A DNA stretch of 64,000 nt from Bacteroidales bacterium (GTDB taxonomy: Bacteria; Bacteroidota; Bacteroidia; Bacteroidales; UBA1715), in NCBI GenBank assembly GCA_017516865.1, contig JAFXAU010000003.1:11909-75908 (forward strand), read 5' to 3'. The position numbers were made by a program, and so were the translations under genes. Shown piece by piece: positions 8,165-16,783 of the stretch. The notes beneath the pieces are model-generated. The model searched no databases. It was not told the DNA's origin and saw only the letters and a list, made by a program, of their open reading frames with translations. Position 1 is the stretch's first letter, and every line of letters begins with the position of its first letter.

Positions 8165-9835
8165 ATGGCAAAACCAACAGTAGCAATCTACGGTATCAAA
8201 GACCGCAACACCTTTGAATATCCGGCATACGTCCACGACCACAATCTGTGCGTTATGCAGGACGGAGAAATTGTGCAATATCTTCAATTAGAGCGTGTTA
8301 CACGACGCAAATACGACAACCGTCTCGATTTGTATGTCGAGGATTTAATCGACAAAAAAATCATTGATTGCCCCGATGATTTTGATTTGGTGTGTGTTAA
8401 CGATTTTGTTGGCAATGCATTCACTTCTCAAAACGGTCGGTTGAGGTTTGAGGCTGATTATCAAAACCATCTGAAATTCAACGCGATACCTGCGCACGGA
8501 TATTGGCAATATTCAGGATGGGAAGGCAAGCCAATAAATTCATTTTTAGTGCAACACGAAATCGCCCACATCTGTTCTACATTGCCGTTTTATGGTGATT
8601 TTAAAGAAAATTCGCTTTTGGTGTCGCTCGATGGCGGGTCGTCTTTGGGCAATTATTCCGCCTTCCTTTACCGCGACGGCAAATTTACGCTCATCGAAAA
8701 CAATTGGACGGATTTGGGATTTGCATCAAAGTTTTTCAATGACAATTCTTTTACATTCAGAATGTTGGGAGCAAAACCCGGTGAACATTGCTCCGTGCCA
8801 GGCAAATTGATGGGCTTTGCAAGTTGGGGAAATTACGATTCAGAAATCGAACTGTGGCTCAAAGAAAACCAATTTTTCAAGGATTATTGGCACAAAGAAA
8901 ATGCGATTTTGGAATCTGCAAAACAGCGTTTTGGAATTGTTGCGGAGTTTGACACTCACGACTTTTTTTTGCAAAATTGCGCCGCAACTTTCCAACGAAT
9001 TTTTGAAAATGCAGTATTGCAAAAACTTGAAAATCTGCAATATAAATATCATTGCGAAAACCTCTATTATGGCGGTGGTTGCGCATTAAATATCGTAACA
9101 AACACCAAAATCGTTAAAAGCGGTATGTTTCGCAACGTGTATATTGCACCGTGCTGCAATGACAGCGGGCTGAGCATTGGCGCGGCATTGTTGGAGCGTC
9201 AAAAGGGCAACAAAATCAAAATTCATTCGCCATATTTGAACAATGTTGGAATTGCAATTGACAATGGACAACTGACAATTGACAATGAAACAATCAAACA
9301 GACTGCCGACATCATTCTAAATGGCGGAATAATAGGCATTTGCAATGGTAACGGCGAGGCGGGACCGCGAGCATTGGGAAATCGTAGTTTGATTGCGTTG
9401 CCAAACGACAAGCAAATTTCGCAAAAACTGAGTATGACGGTGAAAAAACGTGAATGGTATCGCCCTGTTGCGCCAATTATGCTCAAAAATATTGCGGAAA
9501 AAGTAACCGTCCAAAATGTGAATCCGCTCGCAAAATTTATGCTGTCGGATTTTGAAATCAAGCACGAATTTGACAAAGATTTGTGCGGTGTAATTCACGC
9601 GAATCAGACGGCACGGATTCAGACATTGGAATCAGAAACCGACAATCCGTTTATGTTTGCATTATTGACGTATTTGTATGAAAATCACGGTATTATGGCG
9701 TTGATAAATACATCCTTCAACGCACAAGGCGAACCGATTGTGCATACAAAAAACGATGCGTTACAAAGTGCAAAACGGATGAATTTGGATGCATTAGTAT
9801 TTAACAATCAATTAATTACAAATGAAAACTTTTAA
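8165..9835 (+). CDS. Carbamoyltransferase, NodU/CmcH family
   Basis: YGIKDRN...HDHNLCVMQDGEIV N-terminal ASKHA/Kae1-like signature, ~556 aa, and C-terminal ...NTSFNAQGEPIV typical of the carbamoyltransferase C-domain. Confidence 0.75.
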   Translation: MAKPTVAIYGIKDRNTFEYPAYVHDHNLCVMQDGEIVQYLQLERVTRRKYDNRLDLYVEDLIDKKIIDCPDDFDLVCVNDFVGNAFTSQNGRLRFEADYQNHLKFNAIPAHGYWQYSGWEGKPINSFLVQHEIAHICSTLPFYGDFKENSLLVSLDGGSSLGNYSAFLYRDGKFTLIENNWTDLGFASKFFNDNSFTFRMLGAKPGEHCSVPGKLMGFASWGNYDSEIELWLKENQFFKDYWHKENAILESAKQRFGIVAEFDTHDFFLQNCAATFQRIFENAVLQKLENLQYKYHCENLYYGGGCALNIVTNTKIVKSGMFRNVYIAPCCNDSGLSIGAALLERQKGNKIKIHSPYLNNVGIAIDNGQLTIDNETIKQTADIILNGGIIGICNGNGEAGPRALGNRSLIALPNDKQISQKLSMTVKKREWYRPVAPIMLKNIAEKVTVQNVNPLAKFMLSDFEIKHEFDKDLCGVIHANQTARIQTLESETDNPFMFALLTYLYENHGIMALINTSFNAQGEPIVHTKNDALQSAKRMNLDALVFNNQLITNENF

Positions 9836-10460
9836 AAATCGACTGAAATTCCACGCGCCCGGTCTTGCTCCCGTGGAAGACGAAACAGGTTGGTATCATA
9901 TTGATACCAAGGAAAATCCGATTTATTCGCAGCGTTACAGTCGAGCATTTGGCTATTACGACGGATTGGCGGCGGTTACGGATTTTGATGGCAATTGTTA
10001 TCATATTGATACTCAGGGCAAACGTGTTTATTTAGAGAATTATGCATTTTGCGGTAATTATCAGGAAATGAAATGTGTTGTTCGTGATTTTGATGGCAAT
10101 TATTATCATATCGATATCAATGGAAAACGTTTGTATTCAAATAATTACCGATATGCTGGGGATTTCAAGGATGGCTATGCCTGCGTGAAACTGCCCGAAT
10201 CTGGAATGTTTATCCACATCGATGGCAAGGGCAACACATTGAACGGCAAACGATTCATTGACCTTGGTGTTTTTCACAAGGGATTTGCCACGGCAAAAGA
10301 TACAAACGGTTGGTATCATATTGATATTCAGGGTAATGAAGTTTACAAACAGCGTTATCAAATTGTAGAACCATTTTACAATGGATTTGCATTGGTAACG
10401 GATTTTGACGATAATAAACTGATAATCAACGAAAAGGGAGAAAAAATATTATGTGTATGA
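9822..10460 (+). CDS. WG/KWG-repeat protein (about six ~34-aa repeats)
   Basis: Recurring GWYHID / YHIDxxGK(R)xY...F.DG.A units. Overlaps both neighbouring genes (14 nt and 10 nt). Confidence 0.7.
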   Translation: MKTFKNRLKFHAPGLAPVEDETGWYHIDTKENPIYSQRYSRAFGYYDGLAAVTDFDGNCYHIDTQGKRVYLENYAFCGNYQEMKCVVRDFDGNYYHIDINGKRLYSNNYRYAGDFKDGYACVKLPESGMFIHIDGKGNTLNGKRFIDLGVFHKGFATAKDTNGWYHIDIQGNEVYKQRYQIVEPFYNGFALVTDFDDNKLIINEKGEKILCV

Positions 10461-11392
10461 TAGACAAAAGAATACTGATTACAGGCGGGCTTGGTTTCAT
10501 TGGTCGTACATTGTTGGAGGCATTAACAATACAAAACTTCGGTGCAAAATTGTATGCAATCGACATCAAAGATATGCCCAAAGACGCGGAATTGTTGAAA
10601 CACAACGTTGATTTTCAACGACTTGACATCCGCGATGAAATTGCAGTCAAAAATTATATAAAAAACAAAAATTTTGACGGCATTGTTCATCTTGCAGCCG
10701 TGAGCCGGGTCGTTGACGCCGAAAAAGACAAGCAAAATTGTATCGAAACCAACTACAAAGGCACAAAATATATCGCTGAAGCCGCCGCCGAAAATCCTGA
10801 TTGTTGGATGATTTTTGGCAGTAGTCGGGAGGTTTATGGAGAACAAAATGTTTTGCCCGTCGCCGAAAATGCCGAACTCCTGCCGATGAACATTTATGGT
10901 TTTTACAAACTTGAAGGCGAGCGGATTATAAAATCGACGGTGAAAAGAAATTGCATTTTGCGATTTTCAAATGTTTATGGCAACGATTACGATATACCCA
11001 CGCGGGTGATTCCGGCGTTTGTGCGCACCGCAATGAGCGGCGGCGAAATCACACTCGAAGGCGGCTCGCAGGTCATCGACTTCACGCATATCAACGACAC
11101 TGTACAGGCAATCATCAAATGTATGCAAATGCTTGATTCTAAACGTTTTGAATCGAAAACAATACACGTACTGCCTGGCGTCGCCAACAAGATTACAGAC
11201 ATAATCGACATCCTACGCGAAATGGGATTAAGATTTTCGGTAAAGGTGAATCCGCCGCGCAATTATGATGTGCAACGTTTTGTGGGCGACCCATCACATC
11301 TGCGGGAAACACTTGGCAATGTGGTAGTTACCGATTTGAGAACAGGAATTAAGAAACTATTGGAAATATATCAACGCTCGTCCCACGATTGA
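10451..11392 (+). CDS. NAD-dependent epimerase/dehydratase (SDR)
   Basis: ITGGLGFIGR Rossmann motif and YGFYK (YxxxK). The start could instead be the ATG at 10457. Confidence 0.8.
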   Translation: MCMIDKRILITGGLGFIGRTLLEALTIQNFGAKLYAIDIKDMPKDAELLKHNVDFQRLDIRDEIAVKNYIKNKNFDGIVHLAAVSRVVDAEKDKQNCIETNYKGTKYIAEAAAENPDCWMIFGSSREVYGEQNVLPVAENAELLPMNIYGFYKLEGERIIKSTVKRNCILRFSNVYGNDYDIPTRVIPAFVRTAMSGGEITLEGGSQVIDFTHINDTVQAIIKCMQMLDSKRFESKTIHVLPGVANKITDIIDILREMGLRFSVKVNPPRNYDVQRFVGDPSHLRETLGNVVVTDLRTGIKKLLEIYQRSSHD

Positions 11393-11979
11393 GGCTTTGG
11401 CCGGCCCCTCAATATTATATTCCTTCTGCTGCTCGGGCTTTCTATCATTTTAATCACTTTCGCAGGACAGCCGCCCACAACGGCATTGTCGGGCACGTCT
11501 TTGGTGACAACCGCGCCTGCCGCCACAATGGCATTCTCGCCGATGGTTACGCCAGCCAGAATGGTTGCGCTTGCACCAATCCAGGCGTTCTTTTTCACAA
11601 CAATCGGCTTGGTGAGCAGAGTGTGGCGTGTTTCGGGGTCTTCAGGATGATACTCGGTGGCCAGAACGCAATGCGGCGCAATGAAAACGCCCTCGCCGAT
11701 GGTGATGCCGCCAAGCGCAAGAAACGTGCAGCCGAAATTCACGAAACTGCCTTTGCCAAACGTAGTTGACTTGCCATAATTGATGTTGAACGGTGGAAAA
11801 ACGCGCACACTCTCGTCAATATCCGAGCCTGTGATTTGCCGCAGATAGCCGCGCACCTCGGCTTCGGTCTTGTAGCCAGTGTTCATTTCGGCCACCAAAG
11901 CCATACAGCGCTGCACGTCGGCATACAGTTCGTCGCTGCCGACGTATGTTTTTCCTGTGAACCGCTCGTCACTATTCAT
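11371..11979 (-). CDS. Maltose/galactoside O-acetyltransferase-like (Mac N-domain + hexapeptide-repeat LbH)
   Basis: Hexapeptide repeats (IGEGVFIAPHCVL..., IGASATILAGVTIGENAIVAAGAVV). The 3' end overlaps the convergent SDR gene by 22 nt. Confidence 0.75.
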   Translation of the reverse strand: MNSDERFTGKTYVGSDELYADVQRCMALVAEMNTGYKTEAEVRGYLRQITGSDIDESVRVFPPFNINYGKSTTFGKGSFVNFGCTFLALGGITIGEGVFIAPHCVLATEYHPEDPETRHTLLTKPIVVKKNAWIGASATILAGVTIGENAIVAAGAVVTKDVPDNAVVGGCPAKVIKMIESPSSRRNIILRGRPKPQSWDER

Positions 11980-12007
11980 TTTTATTCCTTCTGCTCGTCA
12001 TAATTCA

Positions 12008-12595
12008 TTAATACCCAATCGATTTCAGCCATTTTTCAACCTTCGCCTTTTCGGTGCGAACTTCGTGTCCGTAAATCGAGAAGCCATTTTTCACGTTGGC
12101 TTTCGGGAAGGCTTTCTTTACGTCGCTCACGCAACTTGCCAGACCGCTGCCTTCGTGCGTGGTGAACGGATAGACGGTTTTGCCGTCGAGGTTGATGTCT
12201 TTGAACAGCGTGAACATTACCTGCGGATAGGTTCCCCACCAAACAGGTCCACCGATGAACACCGTGTCGTAGCCGCTTAGGTCGGGTGCCTTGCCTTCGT
12301 AAGGTGGTAACTCGCCCTTGTTTGCTTCATCTTGAGCCAAACGGGTGAGCGGTGTGTATGCCATTCCGTCGTACTTGTGCGTAATAATCTCATATTGAGC
12401 CGCACCTGTGAGTTCTGAAATGTAGTCAGCTACAATTTTCGTGTTGCCAACCTTGACGTTACCCACCGAGTAGTTGTCGCCCGCGTGGGAAAAGAAAATT
12501 ACGATTGATTTGCCCATATTGTTTTGATTTTTAGTTGTTTGACCATTGCAAAATGTACTTATCAGCAAGGCCGTCAGTAATAATTTGATTTTCAT
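12008..12595 (-). CDS. Secreted flavodoxin-like protein
   Basis: Signal peptide MKIKLLLTALLISTFCNG followed by a flavodoxin_4-like core (IVIFFSHAGDNYSVG...VFIGGPVWWGTYP). Confidence 0.7.
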   Translation of the reverse strand: MKIKLLLTALLISTFCNGQTTKNQNNMGKSIVIFFSHAGDNYSVGNVKVGNTKIVADYISELTGAAQYEIITHKYDGMAYTPLTRLAQDEANKGELPPYEGKAPDLSGYDTVFIGGPVWWGTYPQVMFTLFKDINLDGKTVYPFTTHEGSGLASCVSDVKKAFPKANVKNGFSIYGHEVRTEKAKVEKWLKSIGY

Positions 12596-12603
12596 AATTT
12601 GTT

Positions 12604-13734
12604 TTATTTCAGTTTGTTATACTCTTCCTCGCTCACCGCTTCCAGCCACTCGTTGGTCGGGTTGGGTTGCAGGTTTTTGTGATATGTCAAGTGTTGCAGC
12701 CACGAGCCTTTGGCGGCACCGTGCCAGTGTTTCACGCCTTCGGGCACCTCAATCACCACGCCTTCCTTGAGTTCCACCGCAGGCTTGCCCCATTCCTGAT
12801 ACCAGCCGTGACCATAGACGCATATCAGCACCTGAACGGCACCGTGATGCACGTGCCAGTTGTTGCGGCAGCCAGGCTCAAATGTCACATTCATAACACT
12901 TTCGCCGTAAGGCGACACGTAACTGCGCCCCGTGAAGTATTGTGCGTAAGCGTCGTTCGGGTTGCCACGACGCCAATACGATTTCAGGTCAACTTGGTCG
13001 TACTCGCTGCGGCTGTTGACCTCAACGCCCAAAACCGCATTCACGGCCTTCAACGCCCTCGATGCGGCCGCATTGCAACAATTCGCCGCCAACGCCACAG
13101 GAATCTGTTGCAGTTGCTCGTCGGTAACACCCATATTGCGTGCCCCACGAACGTGCGCATTCAGTTGTGGCTCAACGCCTTCCAGTCCAGCAAGGGCGCT
13201 CACCGTAACCAACTCACGGTCGGCGTGGGTGAGAACGTCGCGGGCAAAAATGTCGCCGAACAGATGTGCCTTCAGGTAATAATCCTCGGCAGGGCAGAAA
13301 TCGTAGTTGAACGGCTGTCCCGACAGTTGGGTCTGCACCTCGGTGCCCTGTTTCAGTGCGTCGTAATCCTTTGGCAGAGCCGATGCCTCGTTGCCCGCCA
13401 GCACTTTCACACCCTTCGCTTGCCTGTCGCCCACCACACGCTGCAGCACGCCCAGCGCATTGAGCGAACGCGGAAAGCCCGTGTAGGCATAGAGTTGCGA
13501 AAGCGCTTCTTTAATCTGACTTACTGTCAAATCGGCTTCCAAACCATTGTGAATGGCCGATTCGAGCGACACAAGGTCGCCCTGTGCCTCATAGCAGGCG
13601 ATGGCCGACATACAAGCCGCCTGTTTCTCGTTGAATGTCAATGTGTTCATATCCTTAGATTCTGATTGTTTACTATTTCCGCAAGCCGACAGTACGGTAA
13701 GGATTGCGAGTGGAATAATTTGTTTGATATTCAT
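12604..13734 (-). CDS. Lipoprotein: carboxymuconolactone-decarboxylase (AhpD-like) domains fused to a C-terminal cupin
   Basis: Lipobox LSAC after MNIKQIIPLAIL, CMD-like repeats, and cupin motif WHVHHGAVQVLICVYGHGW...GVKHWHGA. The ATG at 13734 is preferred over 13752. Confidence 0.7.
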   Translation of the reverse strand: MNIKQIIPLAILTVLSACGNSKQSESKDMNTLTFNEKQAACMSAIACYEAQGDLVSLESAIHNGLEADLTVSQIKEALSQLYAYTGFPRSLNALGVLQRVVGDRQAKGVKVLAGNEASALPKDYDALKQGTEVQTQLSGQPFNYDFCPAEDYYLKAHLFGDIFARDVLTHADRELVTVSALAGLEGVEPQLNAHVRGARNMGVTDEQLQQIPVALAANCCNAAASRALKAVNAVLGVEVNSRSEYDQVDLKSYWRRGNPNDAYAQYFTGRSYVSPYGESVMNVTFEPGCRNNWHVHHGAVQVLICVYGHGWYQEWGKPAVELKEGVVIEVPEGVKHWHGAAKGSWLQHLTYHKNLQPNPTNEWLEAVSEEEYNKLK

Positions 13735-13763
13735 AAAATTACATTTAAACATTTATCACTATG

Positions 13764-13771
13764 CAAAAATA
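13764..13771 (-). promoter_or_regulatory. -7 promoter box (reverse complement TAttTTTG) for the CMD-cupin/flavodoxin/acetyltransferase operon
   Basis: caaaaata on the plus strand, 30 nt upstream of the ATG at 13734. Confidence 0.45.
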
Positions 13772-13800
13772 CGACACACTTTTTTCTTGCAGAAACATTT

Positions 13801-13926
13801 ATTTCGGGAAGAATTACCCTTATTTCGGTTTTGCCGAAAAATAATCAGCGGTACTTCAGCCGTTATTGCAAGAAGCAGTTGGGAATGTCGCCGCAGGAAT
13901 ACAGAAAGAGTTTGCAACCGAAATAG
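13801..13926 (+). pseudogene. C-terminal remnant of an AraC/XylS-family regulator
   Basis: Translation ...ITLISVLPKNNQRYFSRYCKKQLGMSPQEYRKSLQPK* matches the AraC second-HTH signature (YFSR.FKK..G.SP..YR). No N-terminal part is present. Confidence 0.45.
13803..13828 (-). promoter_or_regulatory. TTCGG-N16-TTCGG direct repeat (candidate AraC-type site)
   Basis: ttcgggaagaattacccttatttcgg, again exactly 39 nt distal to the -7 box. Confidence 0.35.
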
Positions 13927-14002
13927 AACGAATGTTCGTATTAATAGGTATTATAGTTGAATTCCAGCCGCTGAAATGTTTTATTTTTTCAAAAAATGTC
14001 AA

Positions 14003-14010
14003 TATATTTG
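14003..14010 (+). promoter_or_regulatory. -7 promoter box (TAtaTTTG) at the left edge of the defence island
   Basis: tatatttg lies 48 nt upstream of the ORF at 14058. Confidence 0.4.
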
Positions 14011-14057
14011 CATAGAACTTAAAAATAGAATAAAGTTGAATCACATAACTTTAATAA

Positions 14058-14480
14058 ATGACGCAAGAAAATAAAGACATACTGTCACAGGCAGAAGCAT
14101 ATATCGTGAAGTCGCACGACATTCACATTGATGCAGACTATGCAGATTGGATAGCGGACATTAAGAGTCGCTATCTATTCTATGTCGAGAATGTGAGAAA
14201 ACTGAAACGGCTTGTTTCAGTAAATGATGCAGAAAAAATGCACCAAGTTGGTGCAGAATTAATGAGATTAAAACTCCAACAAGTTGTTGGAGAATTGCAG
14301 TTCGCTGTTAATCAAGGCGTAATAAAACTCCACCAAGTTGGTGGAGATATACAACGACTCATTTCAAAATTCAACAACAAAATTGAGATGACATTTCTAC
14401 TGCTATTTAAGTTCAAATCTTGTTACACACTTGTTAAATGTGGTGCTAAGTATATGGTGATAGAAAAGCCAAAGAAGTAG
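14058..14480 (+). pseudogene. Degenerate YhcG/DUF1016 N-terminal-like ORF (no nuclease domain)
   Basis: DYADWIADIKSRY...YLFY...KLQQVVGELQ resembles the N-terminal region of DUF1016 proteins as I recall them. The middle segment and the PD-(D/E)xK C-domain are absent. Contains three palindromes (see findings). Confidence 0.3.
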
Positions 14481-14515
14481 AATCAAATAAACAAGGCAAA
14501 TGCATAAATAACAAT

Positions 14516-16777
14516 ATGGAAGTACAAATTAAAGAAAACAAGATATATGCTCCTCTTAAAGATAAATGGCTAGTCGTAAAGCCAGAAGAGGAAGTGCGCC
14601 AAAGGTACATATGTCGATTGGTGGATAGCTATGGCTATGACTTAAAGCAAATGGATCAGGAGTTGAAAGTAACGAACTCTCAACGAGGCCAAGGTGCTGC
14701 ACGTGCAGATATTGTTATTTGGAAATCGGCTAAAGATAAAACAGACAGTAAAAGTGCCTTTATAGTGGTTGAATGTAAAGCGGAAAGCGTTACTATCCGA
14801 AAGGAGGATTACTATCAAGGCTATAACTATGCTGCATGGGCTGGTGCGGATTTCTTTGTTACCACCAACCTAAAGGAAACTCGTGTCTTTAAAGTCGTAA
14901 AAGGAGAACTCCCTAAGAAACTTGAAGAGATAGTTGACATTCCTACCGCAGAGATGGCAACAGATGAAAAGAAGGTGAAGGAATTGTTAAACCAGACGAA
15001 AGCATTTACCAGAGACGAATTCTCTCGCCTACTTTACAAGTGCCATAATATCATCCGAAATAACGACAAACTATCTCCAGAAGCGGCTTTTGACGAGATT
15101 AGTAAAATTCTTTTTATTAAGATTCGCTATGAGCGTGATAATACTGGCACTCAAATTTTCTCAAAGGATGCATTTGTAAAGCTTAAAGATGCTTATAACA
15201 GCATGAAGTCAAAAGATGCTCCAGAGTTTTATCAATTCTTGTTTGAGAAAACCAAGGAAGATTTTTCCAAAGACAATCTGTTCGATCCAAATGAGACTAT
15301 CCGAATTCGAGAGACAAGTTTCGAAAAGATTGTTGAGGAGCTTCAGGTCTATAATCTCTCTACGACATCTGATGATGTCAAGGGTATTGCATTTGAGAAA
15401 TTCTTGGGACGTACATTCCGTGGAGAATTAGGCCAATTTTTTACGCCACGAACCATTGTTGAGTTTATGGTGTCAGTCCTTGATCCTCAGGAGGGTGAAT
15501 ATATTTGTGACCCATGCTGTGGCAGTGGAGGCTTCTTGATTCGAGCTTTTGAATATGTACGTGAGCAGATTGAATCCGAATTAGAACAACGTAAAGAAGA
15601 GGTAAAAAAGCAACTCATTCCTGAAAATTATGATGATCTGAAACCCAAAGAGCAAGAAGCTATTGATGCCAAAGTATCTGATGCCTTCGCTAAAATGAAC
15701 TTCGAAGTCGATGTCAATAATGCGAAAGGTAGATTACGTAGTTTGTCTTTTGATTGCATTTATGGTACCGATGCTAATCCGCGTATGGCACGTACTGCTA
15801 AGATGAATATGATTATGCATGGTGATGGTCATGGTGGAGTACATCATCATGACGGACTTCTGAATGTCAATGGCATTTGGGATGGTAGATTTGATGTAAT
15901 CCTTACTAATCCTCCATTTGGTGCTCGTGTAGATAAAGACATTAAGATTTCAGAAGCAGATAAGTTCACTGACGAAGCTAAGATAAAAGCTTATGTCAAG
16001 CGATATGGCGAAGAATACCTTACTGCTCTTAGGCAGGTGAATGACCATATAGGCGAATCACTTCTTGACCAATTTGGAGTTGGTAAGATGAGTGGTCTCA
16101 CAGAGGTTCTATTTATAGATCGCTGTTTGAATTTGCTTAAGCCTGGAGGACGTTTAGGCATCGTTTTGCCAGAAGGTGTGCTGAACAATACCAATCTGCA
16201 GAATGTACGGGAATACTTTGAAGGTAGAGCAAAGATACTACTAATTGTTTCTATTCCACAAGATGTATTCATGGCAGCTGGTGCAACAGTTAAACCAAGT
16301 CTCATGTTCTTCAAACGTTTTACGGAAGAAGAACAGGCGCAATACAATGGTATAAAAGTTAAAGCATTCGCAGAAGTCCAAGACAAATATATCGAGGAAT
16401 TAACTTCGATAGAAAATGATTTGGCTAAAAGAGGAAAGGAGGCATTGCCTGCTGCAGAGAAGAAGACTCTTCGAGCAAGGAAAAAAGAAATTGAAGCAGC
16501 GATTGATCAGGAAACAAAAATACTTGTCAAGCAGCGTTTTGATTATGTAATTCCAATCGCTGATATCAAACGTGCGGGCATCAACTCTATTGGTATTAAG
16601 ATTGAAAACGATTTGGAGCCTCTATTAGAAGAGTTTACTAAATATCGCAAGGAAAATAATCTTTGGAATAAACGACATGCGAATACATCATATCAATATA
16701 ATGATGGCAAGATGACCCGTATACAAGAGGTCGATGGTATAGTCTGCGAACCCGAGGTGTTTTATGGTAAAGATTAG
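14516..16777 (+). CDS. hsdM: N6-adenine DNA methyltransferase subunit (gamma-class, HsdM-like) with an N-terminal HsdR_N / PD-(D/E)xK-like domain
   Basis: Catalytic VILTNPPFGA and AdoMet motif ICDPCCGSGGF. The N-terminus carries ADIVIW-x14-VVECKAE (D-x20-E-x-K). 753 aa. Confidence 0.85.
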   Translation: MEVQIKENKIYAPLKDKWLVVKPEEEVRQRYICRLVDSYGYDLKQMDQELKVTNSQRGQGAARADIVIWKSAKDKTDSKSAFIVVECKAESVTIRKEDYYQGYNYAAWAGADFFVTTNLKETRVFKVVKGELPKKLEEIVDIPTAEMATDEKKVKELLNQTKAFTRDEFSRLLYKCHNIIRNNDKLSPEAAFDEISKILFIKIRYERDNTGTQIFSKDAFVKLKDAYNSMKSKDAPEFYQFLFEKTKEDFSKDNLFDPNETIRIRETSFEKIVEELQVYNLSTTSDDVKGIAFEKFLGRTFRGELGQFFTPRTIVEFMVSVLDPQEGEYICDPCCGSGGFLIRAFEYVREQIESELEQRKEEVKKQLIPENYDDLKPKEQEAIDAKVSDAFAKMNFEVDVNNAKGRLRSLSFDCIYGTDANPRMARTAKMNMIMHGDGHGGVHHHDGLLNVNGIWDGRFDVILTNPPFGARVDKDIKISEADKFTDEAKIKAYVKRYGEEYLTALRQVNDHIGESLLDQFGVGKMSGLTEVLFIDRCLNLLKPGGRLGIVLPEGVLNNTNLQNVREYFEGRAKILLIVSIPQDVFMAAGATVKPSLMFFKRFTEEEQAQYNGIKVKAFAEVQDKYIEELTSIENDLAKRGKEALPAAEKKTLRARKKEIEAAIDQETKILVKQRFDYVIPIADIKRAGINSIGIKIENDLEPLLEEFTKYRKENNLWNKRHANTSYQYNDGKMTRIQEVDGIVCEPEVFYGKD

Positions 16778-16783
16778 CATGAT

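Noticed and set aside
12667-13665. 332-aa plus-strand ORF covering most of the CMD-cupin gene
   Set aside because: It is an antisense shadow of a well-supported minus-strand gene. The translation is Arg/His/Val-rich low-complexity with no motif and no promoter box.
13803-13828. Interpreting all TTCGG-N16-TTCGG copies as decayed AraC coding sequence
   Set aside because: Only the 13.8-kb copy is followed by a recognisable AraC C-terminal reading frame. The other copies translate to nothing AraC-like downstream and keep a fixed distance to -7 boxes, so an operator role is favoured. The caveat is retained in the findings.
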